A stretch of DNA of 44,909 bases from IMG/VR virus record IMGVR_UViG_3300033993_001993; one strand, written 5' to 3'. Positions 1 to 7,758 of the stretch are shown here, piece by piece. This DNA comes from a virus (taxonomy: Duplodnaviria; Heunggongvirae; Uroviricota; Caudoviricetes). The notes beneath the pieces were generated by a model. It saw only the letters and a program-made list of their open reading frames with translations. It was not told the origin of the DNA and did no database searches. The position numbers and the translations under genes were made by a program. Position 1 is the stretch's first letter. Each line of letters begins with the position of its first letter.

Positions 1-206
1 TTCATTTTTTGTTTATGTAAGATGTAATGAACACCTCTGTTACCATACCTATACGCTATCACCGTAACGTATACCGTACTTCTTCTGTGGTTCTGAGAAT
101 CTGTACCAATGTGAACCTCAACGTATGGACATTCGTTTAAAACATCCAAGGTGTGAGATACCACATCCACTGATTCGCCCTGTACCGTTCTAAATACTCT
201 GTTCAT
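1..206 (-). CDS. RNase H-like YkuK/DUF458-family protein, runs off the left edge
   Basis: Not in ORF track. Manual translation from ATG at 206: MNRVFRTVQGESVDVVSHTLDVLNECPYVEVHIGTDSQNHRRSTVYVTVIAYRYGNRGVHYILHKQKM..., no stop before position 1. The HIGTDSQ motif is typical of this family. Confidence 0.65.
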   Translation of the reverse strand, partial: MNRVFRTVQGESVDVVSHTLDVLNECPYVEVHIGTDSQNHRRSTVYVTVIAYRYGNRGVHYILHKQKM

Positions 207-221
207 CGTTCTTATTTTTTG

Positions 222-294
222 TGGGGTTGATGGGTATCGAACCCATTCCTCTGGATTTTCAGTCCAGCGCAATCACCTGATCTGCCACAACCCC
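222..294 (-). tRNA. tRNA-Phe(GAA)
   Basis: Acceptor GGGGTTG/CAACCCC; anticodon arm CTGGA-CTGAAAA-TCCAG; T loop TTCGATA. Confidence 0.92.
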
Positions 295-792
295 TTATTT
301 AATCTCGAACGCATAATTTAACGTTCTTCTTTTCTTAACCGAATCCTCGTAATTACCGATTACAACACCATCTTTAATTGTGAAAGCGTGTCCCGTAACC
401 AACATAAAGAATGTTCCAACAGGGTTTTGTTTCACAAATGTACCAACGGTCATTTTACGTTTAACCTTTTTACCCTTCACGGTAACATCGTAATCCAACG
501 ACTTAAAGGATGAGTGATTAACGTTTTTACCGACACTTTTAATTTTTTTGTAATTAACCTGTGTTTTAGATTTTACCATCTTCTCCAACGTAATAATAGT
601 ACCATAAGTCCCACAACGATCTTTTCTCCCAAACTTTTCTTTAATGTATTTGTGAGATTTATCGTAAGATATTTCAAATGACGAAGCAAATGCTCTCACA
701 ACACAATCGTTGTTTTCACCTTTTGCAATTGCAGATTCTTCATAACCTTTGATTGCTTTTCCTGTAGTACAATATGGTAGCGCGTCTTTCAT
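295..792 (-). CDS. Hypothetical phage protein with NDCVVRA...GHA motif (possible Cys-His papain-like fold)
   Basis: Track ORF 295..885; start moved to ATG 792 (MKDALPY) because TTTG...TATCTTTA promoter-like boxes lie directly upstream. Fold is inference. Confidence 0.7.
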   Translation of the reverse strand: MKDALPYCTTGKAIKGYEESAIAKGENNDCVVRAFASSFEISYDKSHKYIKEKFGRKDRCGTYGTIITLEKMVKSKTQVNYKKIKSVGKNVNHSSFKSLDYDVTVKGKKVKRKMTVGTFVKQNPVGTFFMLVTGHAFTIKDGVVIGNYEDSVKKRRTLNYAFEIK

Positions 793-902
793 ATCGTAAA
801 GATACAATCTTTTTTTTAATCCACCAAATTTAATTTCTTCAGGGAGAACTCGGATGAGGTATCCTAACGGTTGCACCCTCATCACCTGTCTCCCGTCTTA
901 TG

Positions 903-974
903 CACGCCTACCAAGATTCGAACTCGGACCTTAGGTTTTGGAGACCTCGATGCTACCGTTAACACCATAGACGT
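903..974 (-). tRNA. tRNA-Trp(CCA)
   Basis: Acceptor ACGTCTA/TAGGCGT; loop CTCCAAA; T arm CCGAG-TTCGAAT-CTTGG. Confidence 0.9.
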
Positions 975-1040
975 GTATGATAAACTTATTTTTGCTATAA
1001 TAAACTACACAAGTTTATTGATACAATTTTTAGTTTATTG

Positions 1041-1113
1041 TACCCCCACAGAGATTCAAACTCCGATTCCTCCCTTAGAAGGGGAGTGTCCTGTTCAGTT
1101 GGACGATGGGGGC
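1041..1113 (-). tRNA. tRNA-Arg(TCT), copy 1
   Basis: Acceptor GCCCCCA/TGGGGGT; CTCCC-CTTCTAA-GGGAG; variant T loop TTTGAAT. Confidence 0.85.
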
Positions 1114-1295
1114 AAATAAAAGATGATGAATGACTTTATCAGGAATCTGGGGTTCGCATTTCTACGATGCTTCACACACCATTAGAGAGTCGGGTTGTTA
1201 CATCAATACAATTAAGATTGAATACCTATCCTTAGTGTGTACCCTTGCGACACGTCTCTCCACGTCTGTCATTCTACGCTTTGTATCATCTTTTG

Positions 1296-1367
1296 TATCC
1301 TCGGAGAGATTCGAACTCCCATCTTGTGGTCCGTAGCCACAGGTTCTCTCCATTGAACTACGGGGAT
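1296..1367 (-). tRNA. tRNA-Arg(ACG)
   Basis: Acceptor ATCCCCG/CGAGGAT; TGTGG-CTACGGA-CCACA; T loop TTCGAAT. Confidence 0.9.
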
Positions 1368-1373
1368 ATGTTG

Positions 1374-1447
1374 GGTGAATGGTGGGTTTCGATCCCACTA
1401 CCCTCGGTTCCACAAACCGACGCTCTCCCGATTGAGCTACAAACACC
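1374..1447 (-). tRNA. tRNA-His(GTG)
   Basis: TCGGT-TTGTGGA-ACCGA; encoded G-1 opposite C73; two acceptor mismatches; T loop ATCGAAA. Confidence 0.82.
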
Positions 1448-1662
1448 ATATAATTTTATTCCTCTTTGGATGATTCAATATGTTCTAACGCAATATGAAT
1501 CAATCCGTTAAGATATTGCCATTTTGGACTTGCGGTCGGATAATGTCCGAATATCTCAACTAATTTTTGTTCTTGCCATTCCCTTTCTGAAGGAATTGGC
1601 GACAACCATTGTCCGTCAATTTTGTCAAATTTAATGAAGTTTTCTAAGTTTTAAAAGTTTAG

Positions 1663-1730
1663 TCCCGTATAGTGGTATCGAACCACTCTAAAGTCGGATA
1701 TGAGCCAACTTTGATCCCTGATCATACGGG
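1663..1730 (-). tRNA. Atypical tRNA with CAT anticodon (Met or Ile2), reduced D arm
   Basis: Acceptor CCCGTAT/ATACGGG; 8-bp anticodon stem AAAGTTGG-CTCATAT-CCGACTTT; T arm AGTGG-TTCGATA-CCACT; only 68 nt. Confidence 0.6.
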
Positions 1731-1736
1731 TTGTTG

Positions 1737-1822
1737 CGGAAGACATTGGAATCGAACCAAATACCCTTACGGGTACATCTCGCTTAGCAGGCGGACCCTA
1801 TCGCCATCAAGGTTTATCTTCC
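1737..1822 (-). tRNA. tRNA-Ser(GCT)
   Basis: Loop CTGCTAA; long variable arm GTACCC-GTAA-GGGTAT; discriminator G. Confidence 0.88.
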
Positions 1823-1880
1823 ATAGAGTGTGGTACTCCTGCAGTAGTTGGGGATCCCACACAATTTATTCCCCTTTTTG

Positions 1881-1953
1881 TGTTCACGACGGGTTACGAT
1901 CCCATTACCTCCGACGTATCAGATCGGCGCTCTACCAATTGAGCTACGTGAAC
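1881..1953 (-). tRNA. tRNA-Ile(GAT)
   Basis: Acceptor GTTCACG/CGTGAAC; CCGAT-CTGATAC-GTCGG; T loop ATCGTAA. Confidence 0.9.
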
Positions 1954-2065
1954 AATTAGATACTTTAGTCGTGAGGAACCCATCTTTCACTTCTTACTAG
2001 ATTCTTGTGGTCTACTTACTATAGTTCATACCGTTACCACTGGGGACCCCAACATTGTATCTTTG

Positions 2066-2137
2066 CGGACAAGGAAGGACTCGAACCTTCAACCACTCGA
2101 TTAACAGTCGAGGGCTCTGCCATTGAGCTACTTGTCC
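2066..2137 (-). tRNA. tRNA-Asn(GTT)
   Basis: Acceptor GGACAAG/CTTGTCC; CTCGA-CTGTTAA-TCGAG; T loop TTCGAGT. Confidence 0.95.
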
Positions 2138-2164
2138 AAATAACTTGAATGTGTTACCTGATTA

Positions 2165-2240
2165 CACTAAGGGAGGACTCGAACCCCCATCACCCTGCCG
2201 GGTTGTTTTACCAATTAAACTACTGACGGATTCGAACCGA
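2165..2240 (-). pseudogene. Degenerate/fused tRNA remnants without an anticodon loop
   Basis: Minus strand: T arm TCGG-TTCGAAT-CCGT runs into D arm GTTT-AATTGGTA-AAAC, a 4-nt-loop stem ACCC-GGCA-GGGT and T arm GGGGG-TTCGAGT-CCTCC; no paired acceptor stem. Confidence 0.55.
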
Positions 2241-2253
2241 CATTTTTCACTAG

Positions 2254-2336
2254 TGGGAGAGGAGGGACTCGAACCCCCAAGGTCTCACGACGACGGATTT
2301 ACAGTCCGCTGAGCCAACCAATTGCTCAACACTCCC
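2254..2336 (-). tRNA. tRNA-Tyr(GTA)
   Basis: GCGGA-CTGTAAA-TCCGT; long variable arm; T loop TTCGAGT. Confidence 0.93.
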
Positions 2337-2343
2337 TTTTCTG

Positions 2344-2417
2344 TGCACTCTACAGGGATCGAACCTGTGACCTGTTGTATGTAAGACAACCGCTACTACC
2401 ATCTGAGCTAAGAGTGC
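2344..2417 (-). tRNA. tRNA-Val(TAC)
   Basis: Acceptor GCACTCT/AGAGTGC; GTTGT-CTTACAT-ACAAC. Confidence 0.92.
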
Positions 2418-2471
2418 TGGTGGATGGATTATTTTTTTTAAGTAGAATTCGCCAACCTCAAAACTACTATG

Positions 2472-2546
2472 TGATCCCGGTGGGGCTCGAACCCACGACT
2501 CCCTAATTAAAAGTTAGGTGCTCTAAACCAACTGAGCTACGAGATC
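2472..2546 (-). tRNA. tRNA-Lys(TTT)
   Basis: Acceptor GATCTCG/CGGGATC; CCTAA-CTTTTAA-TTAGG. Confidence 0.95.
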
Positions 2547-2574
2547 TTTCTGTTTACGACTCTTGTCGTCCTTG

Positions 2575-2763
2575 TCACTTTCCATAAGACATTAGTTTTT
2601 GTTTGTTTATGTTTATTTCTGTTTCTACTCTTTTAAGTTCTTCTGTAAGATCACCACGATAAGTTGTATCCTTACTGATTCTAACAAGGCTAAGGTAGTA
2701 ATTATTTAAACCACTTAACTTACCTTTGATAGAAATTTTTTCACATTCTTCGTTTGTTATCAT
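2575..2763 (-). CDS. Small hypothetical protein inside the tRNA array (62 aa)
   Basis: ATG-started ORF filling the Pro-Lys tRNA gap, A-rich upstream. Confidence 0.6.
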   Translation of the reverse strand: MITNEECEKISIKGKLSGLNNYYLSLVRISKDTTYRGDLTEELKRVETEININKQKLMSYGK

Positions 2764-2778
2764 TTGTTTATTTATTTG

Positions 2779-2854
2779 TCTAGGTGGCAGGATTCGAACC
2801 TGCGTGCTGATCGCCCCAAACGACCCGAGATAAACCGGACTCCTCTACACCTAG
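2779..2854 (-). tRNA. tRNA-Pro(TGG)
   Basis: Acceptor CTAGGTG/CACCTAG; GGTCG-TTTGGGG-CGATC; T arm GCAGG-TTCGAAT-CCTGC. Confidence 0.92.
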
Positions 2855-2921
2855 TTAAAAACTAACACCCTGACTCCTTTCGAACTTGTGAGGCTCGTAT
2901 CATTCATTCTGTGTTAGTTAG

Positions 2922-3005
2922 AGGAAGAAGTAGGTGTCGATCCCAATACCTTTCAGTACCGCCCGTTTTCAAGACGGGGTCACAGGCCGCTGTGATTCAT
3001 CTTCC
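2922..3005 (-). tRNA. tRNA-Ser(TGA)
   Basis: CCCGT-CTTGAAA-ACGGG; long variable arm; imperfect T arm; discriminator T. Confidence 0.8.
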
Positions 3006-3013
3006 AATTATTG

Positions 3014-3085
3014 ATCTCCCCCAAGGTCTCGAACCTTGATTCCCTGGCCCAAAACCAGGTGTCCTGCCAATTAGACGAGGGGAGA
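3014..3085 (-). tRNA. tRNA-Gln(TTG)
   Basis: Acceptor TCTCCCC/GGGGAGA; CCTGG-TTTTGGG-CCAGG. Confidence 0.92.
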
Positions 3086-3120
3086 ATTTATGGCCAATAT
3101 GTCAAAGAACTTTTCTTTTG

Positions 3121-3192
3121 AGGTCTCTATCAGGTTCGAACTGATGACTCCGGGTTACAAAGCCGGGGTATTACCAACTATACTAAAAGACC
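3121..3192 (-). tRNA. tRNA-Thr(TGT)
   Basis: Acceptor GGTCTTT/AGAGACC; loop TTTGTAA; T arm ATCAG-TTCGAAC-CTGAT. Confidence 0.88.
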
Positions 3193-3206
3193 GATTTTTT
3201 GGGTAT

Positions 3207-3237
3207 AAAAAAACCCGAACTTGTTTTGAGTTCGGGT
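3207..3237 (-). terminator. Intrinsic terminator/attenuator hairpin upstream of the main tRNA run
   Basis: ACCCGAAC-TCAAAACAA-GTTCGGGT followed by a T6 tract on the minus strand. Confidence 0.75.
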
Positions 3238-3272
3238 CTTATATTCCTTTTATATAATTAAGTCAATCTATA

Positions 3273-3383
3273 TCAACTCATAAATGAAAATGCCCTACTA
3301 CGCGACTTAAGCGTTCTATAGCTATTAAACGACCACTGAGTGCTCGGATTACAAATGACCATATGTTTTTGAGTTGTTTTCAT
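3273..3383 (-). CDS. Putative 36-aa leader peptide
   Basis: Manual: MKTTQKHMVICNPSTQWSFNSYRTLKSRSRAFSFMS*; lies between a TATATTTG box and the terminator. Confidence 0.45.
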   Translation of the reverse strand: MKTTQKHMVICNPSTQWSFNSYRTLKSRSRAFSFMS

Positions 3384-3430
3384 TTCTATTATAATTATAT
3401 CGTTTTTACTAAAAGTTTTAATTTCTCCTA

Positions 3431-3438
3431 CAAATATA
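3431..3438 (-). promoter_or_regulatory. Bacteroidota-type -7 box (TATATTTG) for leader and tRNA array
   Basis: Matches the TAnnTTTG consensus. Confidence 0.65.
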
Positions 3439-3461
3439 GGTATTTTTTTTTAATTGACAAG

Positions 3462-3566
3462 TTATTTTATTAATTTTTCTTCAAATTCGTTCATTTCTTT
3501 AATAAAATTCAGAAATTCTTCTGAATTAATAAACTCATTGTGAACATCTTCAAAGATATCTTCCAT
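3462..3566 (-). CDS. Small acidic protein (34 aa)
   Basis: Manual: MEDIFEDVHNEFINSEEFLNFIKEMNEFEEKLIK*. Confidence 0.5.
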   Translation of the reverse strand: MEDIFEDVHNEFINSEEFLNFIKEMNEFEEKLIK

Positions 3567-3580
3567 AACTTAATTTTTAG

Positions 3581-3654
3581 TGATCCGCTCAGGATTCGAA
3601 CCTGAGACCTACTGCTTAGAAGGCAGTTGCTCTATCCAGCTGAGCTAGCGGACC
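3581..3654 (-). tRNA. tRNA-Arg(TCT), copy 2
   Basis: Acceptor GGTCCGC/GCGGATC; ACTGC-CTTCTAA-GCAGT; canonical T arm. Confidence 0.95.
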
Positions 3655-3660
3655 ATACCT

Positions 3661-3837
3661 TTATACTTTTTTAATTTCGTATTTATGACCTGAATCGGAG
3701 TTGGTGTTAAAGATGTTTGCCATTTCCTGTGCCTCATCTTTATCGTCAAATTCCCAAACCTCACCTTGAGTGTCTAACATAATAACAGGTAATCTTCTGT
3801 TATTGTTTGTCTTTACGTGTTTTACTATCACATACAT
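3661..3837 (-). CDS. Hypothetical protein (58 aa)
   Basis: Manual: MYVIVKHVKTNNNRRLPVIMLDTQGEVWEFDDKDEAQEMANIFNTNSDSGHKYEIKKV*; TATATTTG at 3842-3849 just upstream. Confidence 0.7.
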   Translation of the reverse strand: MYVIVKHVKTNNNRRLPVIMLDTQGEVWEFDDKDEAQEMANIFNTNSDSGHKYEIKKV

Positions 3838-3849
3838 AATTCAAATATA

Positions 3850-4578
3850 TTAGTTATTATACAATATGTCAATAAGTTCTCTGTCGATGTCAGAGTATTC
3901 TGTAGTCGTAGTCCAACCTTGGTAGAAGATGCTGTTTTTGTATTTCCAAGAGTCGTTAACTAAACCTAAAGATTGAGTTAATTCTTCACGAAGTAAGTGT
4001 TTTTGTTCATCAATTTCGTCTGCGCGATATAAGTCAACATACATCACACCTGTACTTCCGTATAATTCAAAGTAACCCCAATTGTCCTCTAAGTATTTAG
4101 GGTAAACTAAATTATATTTTTGGTCAAACGTTTTACCATCACCGAAGTATATTACGAAATTAGATAATTCTTTAGTTGAAACGAACTTAATGTCAATTGG
4201 GTTGATGATATCGTTTAATTCCGCAACGATTCTTTTAAGTTCAGACATTAAGTATTCAGGTTTTTGTCCGTCAACATAAATCTTCATATCACTTTTCCAT
4301 TTGTATGGTGAAGAAAGTTCCCCATCAAATTCAGTCCCATAAGCAATCTCCTTAAAGTATGACATAGCTTCGTCTGAGTGAACTTTAGTTTCAACTTCTT
4401 CTTGAGACCCACCACCTCCGTTAGCGTTGTCCTCAATGATTGATTCGTCACCACCATTGAAAGTTGAGATAATGTCAAAATCTTGATCTACATTATATTC
4501 CGAATTGTTACTTTTAAGACAATAAGTGAAGAACAAAATTGTTGAGATCCCTAATACTGAAGTTATTAATTTTACCAT
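3850..4578 (-). CDS. Exported DUF2927-like (zincin-like) protein
   Basis: N-terminal hydrophobic segment; HLLREELTQSLGLVND...SIFYQ motif; TATCTTTA upstream. Confidence 0.7.
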   Translation of the reverse strand: MVKLITSVLGISTILFFTYCLKSNNSEYNVDQDFDIISTFNGGDESIIEDNANGGGGSQEEVETKVHSDEAMSYFKEIAYGTEFDGELSSPYKWKSDMKIYVDGQKPEYLMSELKRIVAELNDIINPIDIKFVSTKELSNFVIYFGDGKTFDQKYNLVYPKYLEDNWGYFELYGSTGVMYVDLYRADEIDEQKHLLREELTQSLGLVNDSWKYKNSIFYQGWTTTTEYSDIDRELIDILYNN

Positions 4579-4633
4579 TGCTTTTTTTTATAAAGATAAG
4601 ACATTTTTTTAAATAAACGATTTTATTATTCGT

Positions 4634-4798
4634 TTATTTTGATTGTGTGGGATCAGGTCCGATTGTCATTTCCTCAAATGCTTTGTCAACATCAAAGTTG
4701 TCTTCGTCGTTTTTCATAGCGTCACACACTACGTACATTACTGCTGAGAAGATTGCGATTCCTAATACTAATTTGGTAATACTGAATAGAGTTTTCAT
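4634..4798 (-). CDS. Small membrane protein (54 aa)
   Basis: Manual: MKTLFSITKLVLGIAIFSAVMYVVCDAMKNDEDNFDVDKAFEEMTIGPDPTQSK*; TATATTTG at 4822-4829. Confidence 0.7.
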   Translation of the reverse strand: MKTLFSITKLVLGIAIFSAVMYVVCDAMKNDEDNFDVDKAFEEMTIGPDPTQSK

Positions 4799-4873
4799 AG
4801 TTCTTTGTGTTTTTATTTCTACAAATATAACACTTTTTATTAAACCACAAAAATATTTTAAAAATTAATTTAA

Positions 4874-5395
4874 CTATCTAGCTATTTTTTTTAAAGGTTC
4901 TATATCTATTTTAGATGTTAAACCTTTCAGCGCCGGACACACAAATCCGTGAAGTTTCCCCGATAATCCTTTATACATATCGGTATTTGTTGCAGTCTCA
5001 ACTAAAACTTCTTTAAGTGCTGTATGCAATATGGAGTCAAACCCTGCTTGCATTCTAAATTTATCGATAAATGATTCTAATAATGTTTTAGCGAGGATAT
5101 CGGTTGTGAAATTACAATCGGTAAAAAGCCTATAATAATCTTTAAACTCAACGTTTGCAAATGCATTCGATAATACGTTACCCATAAATGATTTAGGGTC
5201 AATTCCTAATTTTGAAATAAAATAACTAAAGATTGTTTTTTTAAATGTTTGAACAATTCCTGATCCTACATTACCCTTAAGACCTCCAAGTAAGTCATAA
5301 AAACTTTCTTGAACTACTTTCTTATCGTGTCCCTCACTAATAAGTTTGTCCATTTCTTTAGACAACGCATTAATAACCTCGTTTTTATTTTTCAT
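4874..5395 (-). CDS. Hypothetical protein (173 aa)
   Basis: Long ORF, 1-nt gap to the upstream gene. Confidence 0.8.
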   Translation of the reverse strand: MKNKNEVINALSKEMDKLISEGHDKKVVQESFYDLLGGLKGNVGSGIVQTFKKTIFSYFISKLGIDPKSFMGNVLSNAFANVEFKDYYRLFTDCNFTTDILAKTLLESFIDKFRMQAGFDSILHTALKEVLVETATNTDMYKGLSGKLHGFVCPALKGLTSKIDIEPLKKIAR

Positions 5396-5396
5396 A

Positions 5397-6548
5397 TTAA
5401 GATCTAAAATTTCTTCTTTTAAATTCTTCGTTAAGGAATTTAGAAACTACACTCCCAACACTTTCCTTAATGTTTAAGTCAGGACCCTGATTATCAGAAC
5501 TTCTATCGAAACCTTTTTGACGAGCATTTCTTAATGATGCCAAACCAAACCTACTATTGTCGATTGTAAGTTGATCAAACTCATCCCCAATACCTAAAGA
5601 TCCACCAACGAAGTTTCTGTCACCACATTGTAATGCCAACATTTTGTTTTTCCAAAGGTCAGTAAGACATTCCGATGATATTGATGACGACTTAGAACAT
5701 TTATATAATAATTTAATCGCCGTTTTACACGCTCCTCTACTTGGAATAATTAACGTTCCTGGTTTAGGCCAAACTTTTGTGTTTGGTGATTTTTTTGCCA
5801 TTTCAGCTAATGCTGGATAATCTTTAGCAATATCTTTTAAGAAGAAACCTGCATTTGCTTCAGGTGAAGACGCATCTTCAGGTGCTACTCTTGTAAATCC
5901 TTGTTTTTCTAACACCTCGCTAGTTTGTTTTGCCAAATCTTGGTTAACATTCTCTAAGTTTTTACGAACAAATAAATAACCAGACCCTTTGTAATTAGGT
6001 AATACAGGTCTTCCTGAATTTGGCCAAGTTAACTCACTATATGGTACTTTTACAAATTCACCTTGATTTGCATCATCCACAAATTCATAATAATTATCTT
6101 TGTTTGACGCTAAGAATGAGTCCAAAGTTTTTCTTTGTTCTTCACTCATAGTATCTTTACCCAACTCAGATGTCTGTTGCATAAAATCACAATCTATACC
6201 CCACCCTTCGGTGTATTTTCTAGGTGACATACCAGATTTAACATTATATGTTAAAAAAGATGTTTTTGGGCTTGATGGGTCTTTTATTGCAAAAAACATA
6301 ATAATTGATCCATCAGGTTGTACTGGCGTCGATATGTAAGCCGCTTCTGTCTGACCTTTTAAACCTGGAAATTTAACTATGTCAGATGTCTCTAAACGTT
6401 TTACAACTCTATCCTTAATTTTTGCTTCAAAAGTAGGGCAGTTTAATCTACCTTTTTCTAATAGATCTCTTTGATCTTCAAAATTTAATCCTCTTACTTT
6501 TTCGTCAGCCTCTGAAATGGCTTGTCTTATCATTTTATCTATGTTCAT
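5397..6548 (-). CDS. Hypothetical protein with leader-like N-terminus (MIRQAISE)
   Basis: 383-aa ORF; leader-like IKESVGSVVSKFLNEE also near the C-terminus. Confidence 0.85.
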   Translation of the reverse strand: MNIDKMIRQAISEADEKVRGLNFEDQRDLLEKGRLNCPTFEAKIKDRVVKRLETSDIVKFPGLKGQTEAAYISTPVQPDGSIIMFFAIKDPSSPKTSFLTYNVKSGMSPRKYTEGWGIDCDFMQQTSELGKDTMSEEQRKTLDSFLASNKDNYYEFVDDANQGEFVKVPYSELTWPNSGRPVLPNYKGSGYLFVRKNLENVNQDLAKQTSEVLEKQGFTRVAPEDASSPEANAGFFLKDIAKDYPALAEMAKKSPNTKVWPKPGTLIIPSRGACKTAIKLLYKCSKSSSISSECLTDLWKNKMLALQCGDRNFVGGSLGIGDEFDQLTIDNSRFGLASLRNARQKGFDRSSDNQGPDLNIKESVGSVVSKFLNEEFKRRNFRS

Positions 6549-6650
6549 ATCTTAACTAATTAAATTTCATCGCACACTATATAAATGTGTTTATTAATGT
6601 TTCTTAAATAAATATCGGAGTTTTCGGAAAATTTTTATCCCAAAAACTAA

Positions 6651-6896
6651 TTACAATAAAGTATTACCTTTACCTCTCGTTACCTTATATAAATCTTTCC
6701 ACTTTGATTTTGGGTCTATTTGATTTGCAACACTTCTTGTTAACCCAGTTTCCCACTTAGTAACCGTAGGGTATGTTGACCCACCATCACTTGATGTCGA
6801 TGCCGCAGCGTCGTCTTGTTCACCTAACTCACCATTTTCTTCAGGTTCATTTTTGGTGTATCTCTTTAAAAGATATATTATTTCGTCTACTTCCAT
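6651..6896 (-). CDS. Hypothetical protein (81 aa)
   Basis: ORF with TATTTAT motif at 6904-6910. Confidence 0.75.
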   Translation of the reverse strand: MEVDEIIYLLKRYTKNEPEENGELGEQDDAAASTSSDGGSTYPTVTKWETGLTRSVANQIDPKSKWKDLYKVTRGKGNTLL

Positions 6897-6934
6897 TATT
6901 TTTATAAATATTCGTTGTAATTAGAAAAAAAGTG

Positions 6935-6942
6935 TATCTTTG
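6935..6942 (+). promoter_or_regulatory. Bacteroidota-type -7 box (TATCTTTG)
   Basis: Ends 17 nt upstream of ATG 6959. Confidence 0.65.
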
Positions 6943-6958
6943 TAGAAATAAAAAAATT

Positions 6959-7459
6959 ATGAAAAATATATTCTATATCCTTTTGTCTTTATTTGTTTTA
7001 ACATCTTGTGTTAAATATGGTGAACCTGTCTCATTAAGTTTGAGTGGTGAGTATGTTATCGATAAGATAACTTATGACAACAGAGACAATCAATCTCAAA
7101 ACCAAGTGTTTTACCCTGGTGACTTATATGTTAACCCAAGTGAGACAAAACCAATTGACTCCATTCAAGTAGGATTCACCAAAATGGCATTAGATTATAG
7201 TGTAATCTACTTTAATCCAACTAATAACGTTGATGGGTCAACTACTTGGAATAAAAAATTCACTTACTACGTTCAGGGTCACAATAGCCTTTATGAGTAT
7301 GGATATATTGTTTTTGATTACGATGGGACTCGTCGTGTATGGAAAATTATTGACGATGGTGTTGAGAGTTTGGTTATTAGAACTTCAGGAAGTTACGACT
7401 ACGGATCAAGTTCTAGCGGGGAATCTACAACAATGTACTTAACTCGAGTTGGTCCTTAG
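6959..7459 (+). CDS. Lipoprotein (possibly lipocalin-like beta fold)
   Basis: MKNIFYILLSLFVLTSC lipobox; start moved from 6932 to 6959. Confidence 0.8.
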   Translation: MKNIFYILLSLFVLTSCVKYGEPVSLSLSGEYVIDKITYDNRDNQSQNQVFYPGDLYVNPSETKPIDSIQVGFTKMALDYSVIYFNPTNNVDGSTTWNKKFTYYVQGHNSLYEYGYIVFDYDGTRRVWKIIDDGVESLVIRTSGSYDYGSSSSGESTTMYLTRVGP

Positions 7460-7755
7460 ATCAACTCGGGTTTAGGTAATTTATCGGGATTTATAATATA
7501 GTATTCATTGAGAAACGATAAAAGAACATCCTCATCAACCGAAGGGGACTCCAACCAATAGAATTCGTCTTCTTCCTCATCTTCTTGAAGGTTATAGTCC
7601 TCCATTAATAATTCATATCCGAAGTCGTTGGCTTCATCCAAATGGATAAAATCAGTTCTCAATTCTTCTTCAGAATCAACATTCAATCTAAACTGAACTT
7701 CTACCATACTTGTGTTTTCGTGTAAGTAGAAGAATATTAATTCTTGTATTTCCAT
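7456..7755 (-). CDS. Acidic hypothetical protein
   Basis: 99-aa ORF, 3 nt from the upstream gene. Confidence 0.75.
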   Translation of the reverse strand: MEIQELIFFYLHENTSMVEVQFRLNVDSEEELRTDFIHLDEANDFGYELLMEDYNLQEDEEEDEFYWLESPSVDEDVLLSFLNEYYIINPDKLPKPELI

Positions 7756-7758
7756 TTC

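Noticed and set aside
1120-1290. Possible tmRNA or intron between the Arg tRNAs
   Set aside because: No tRNA-like 3' end, tag reading frame or group I core recognisable by eye.
1455-1648. Coding-looking minus frame (LENFIKFDKIDGQWLSPIPSEREWQEQKL...SKEE*)
   Set aside because: An in-frame TAA lies just upstream and there is no standard start codon; possibly a remnant, not supportable as a gene.
871-1959. Track ORFs 871-1119, 1130-1336, 1198-1449, 1245-1511, 1672-1959
   Set aside because: They overlap tRNA genes and are shadow frames.
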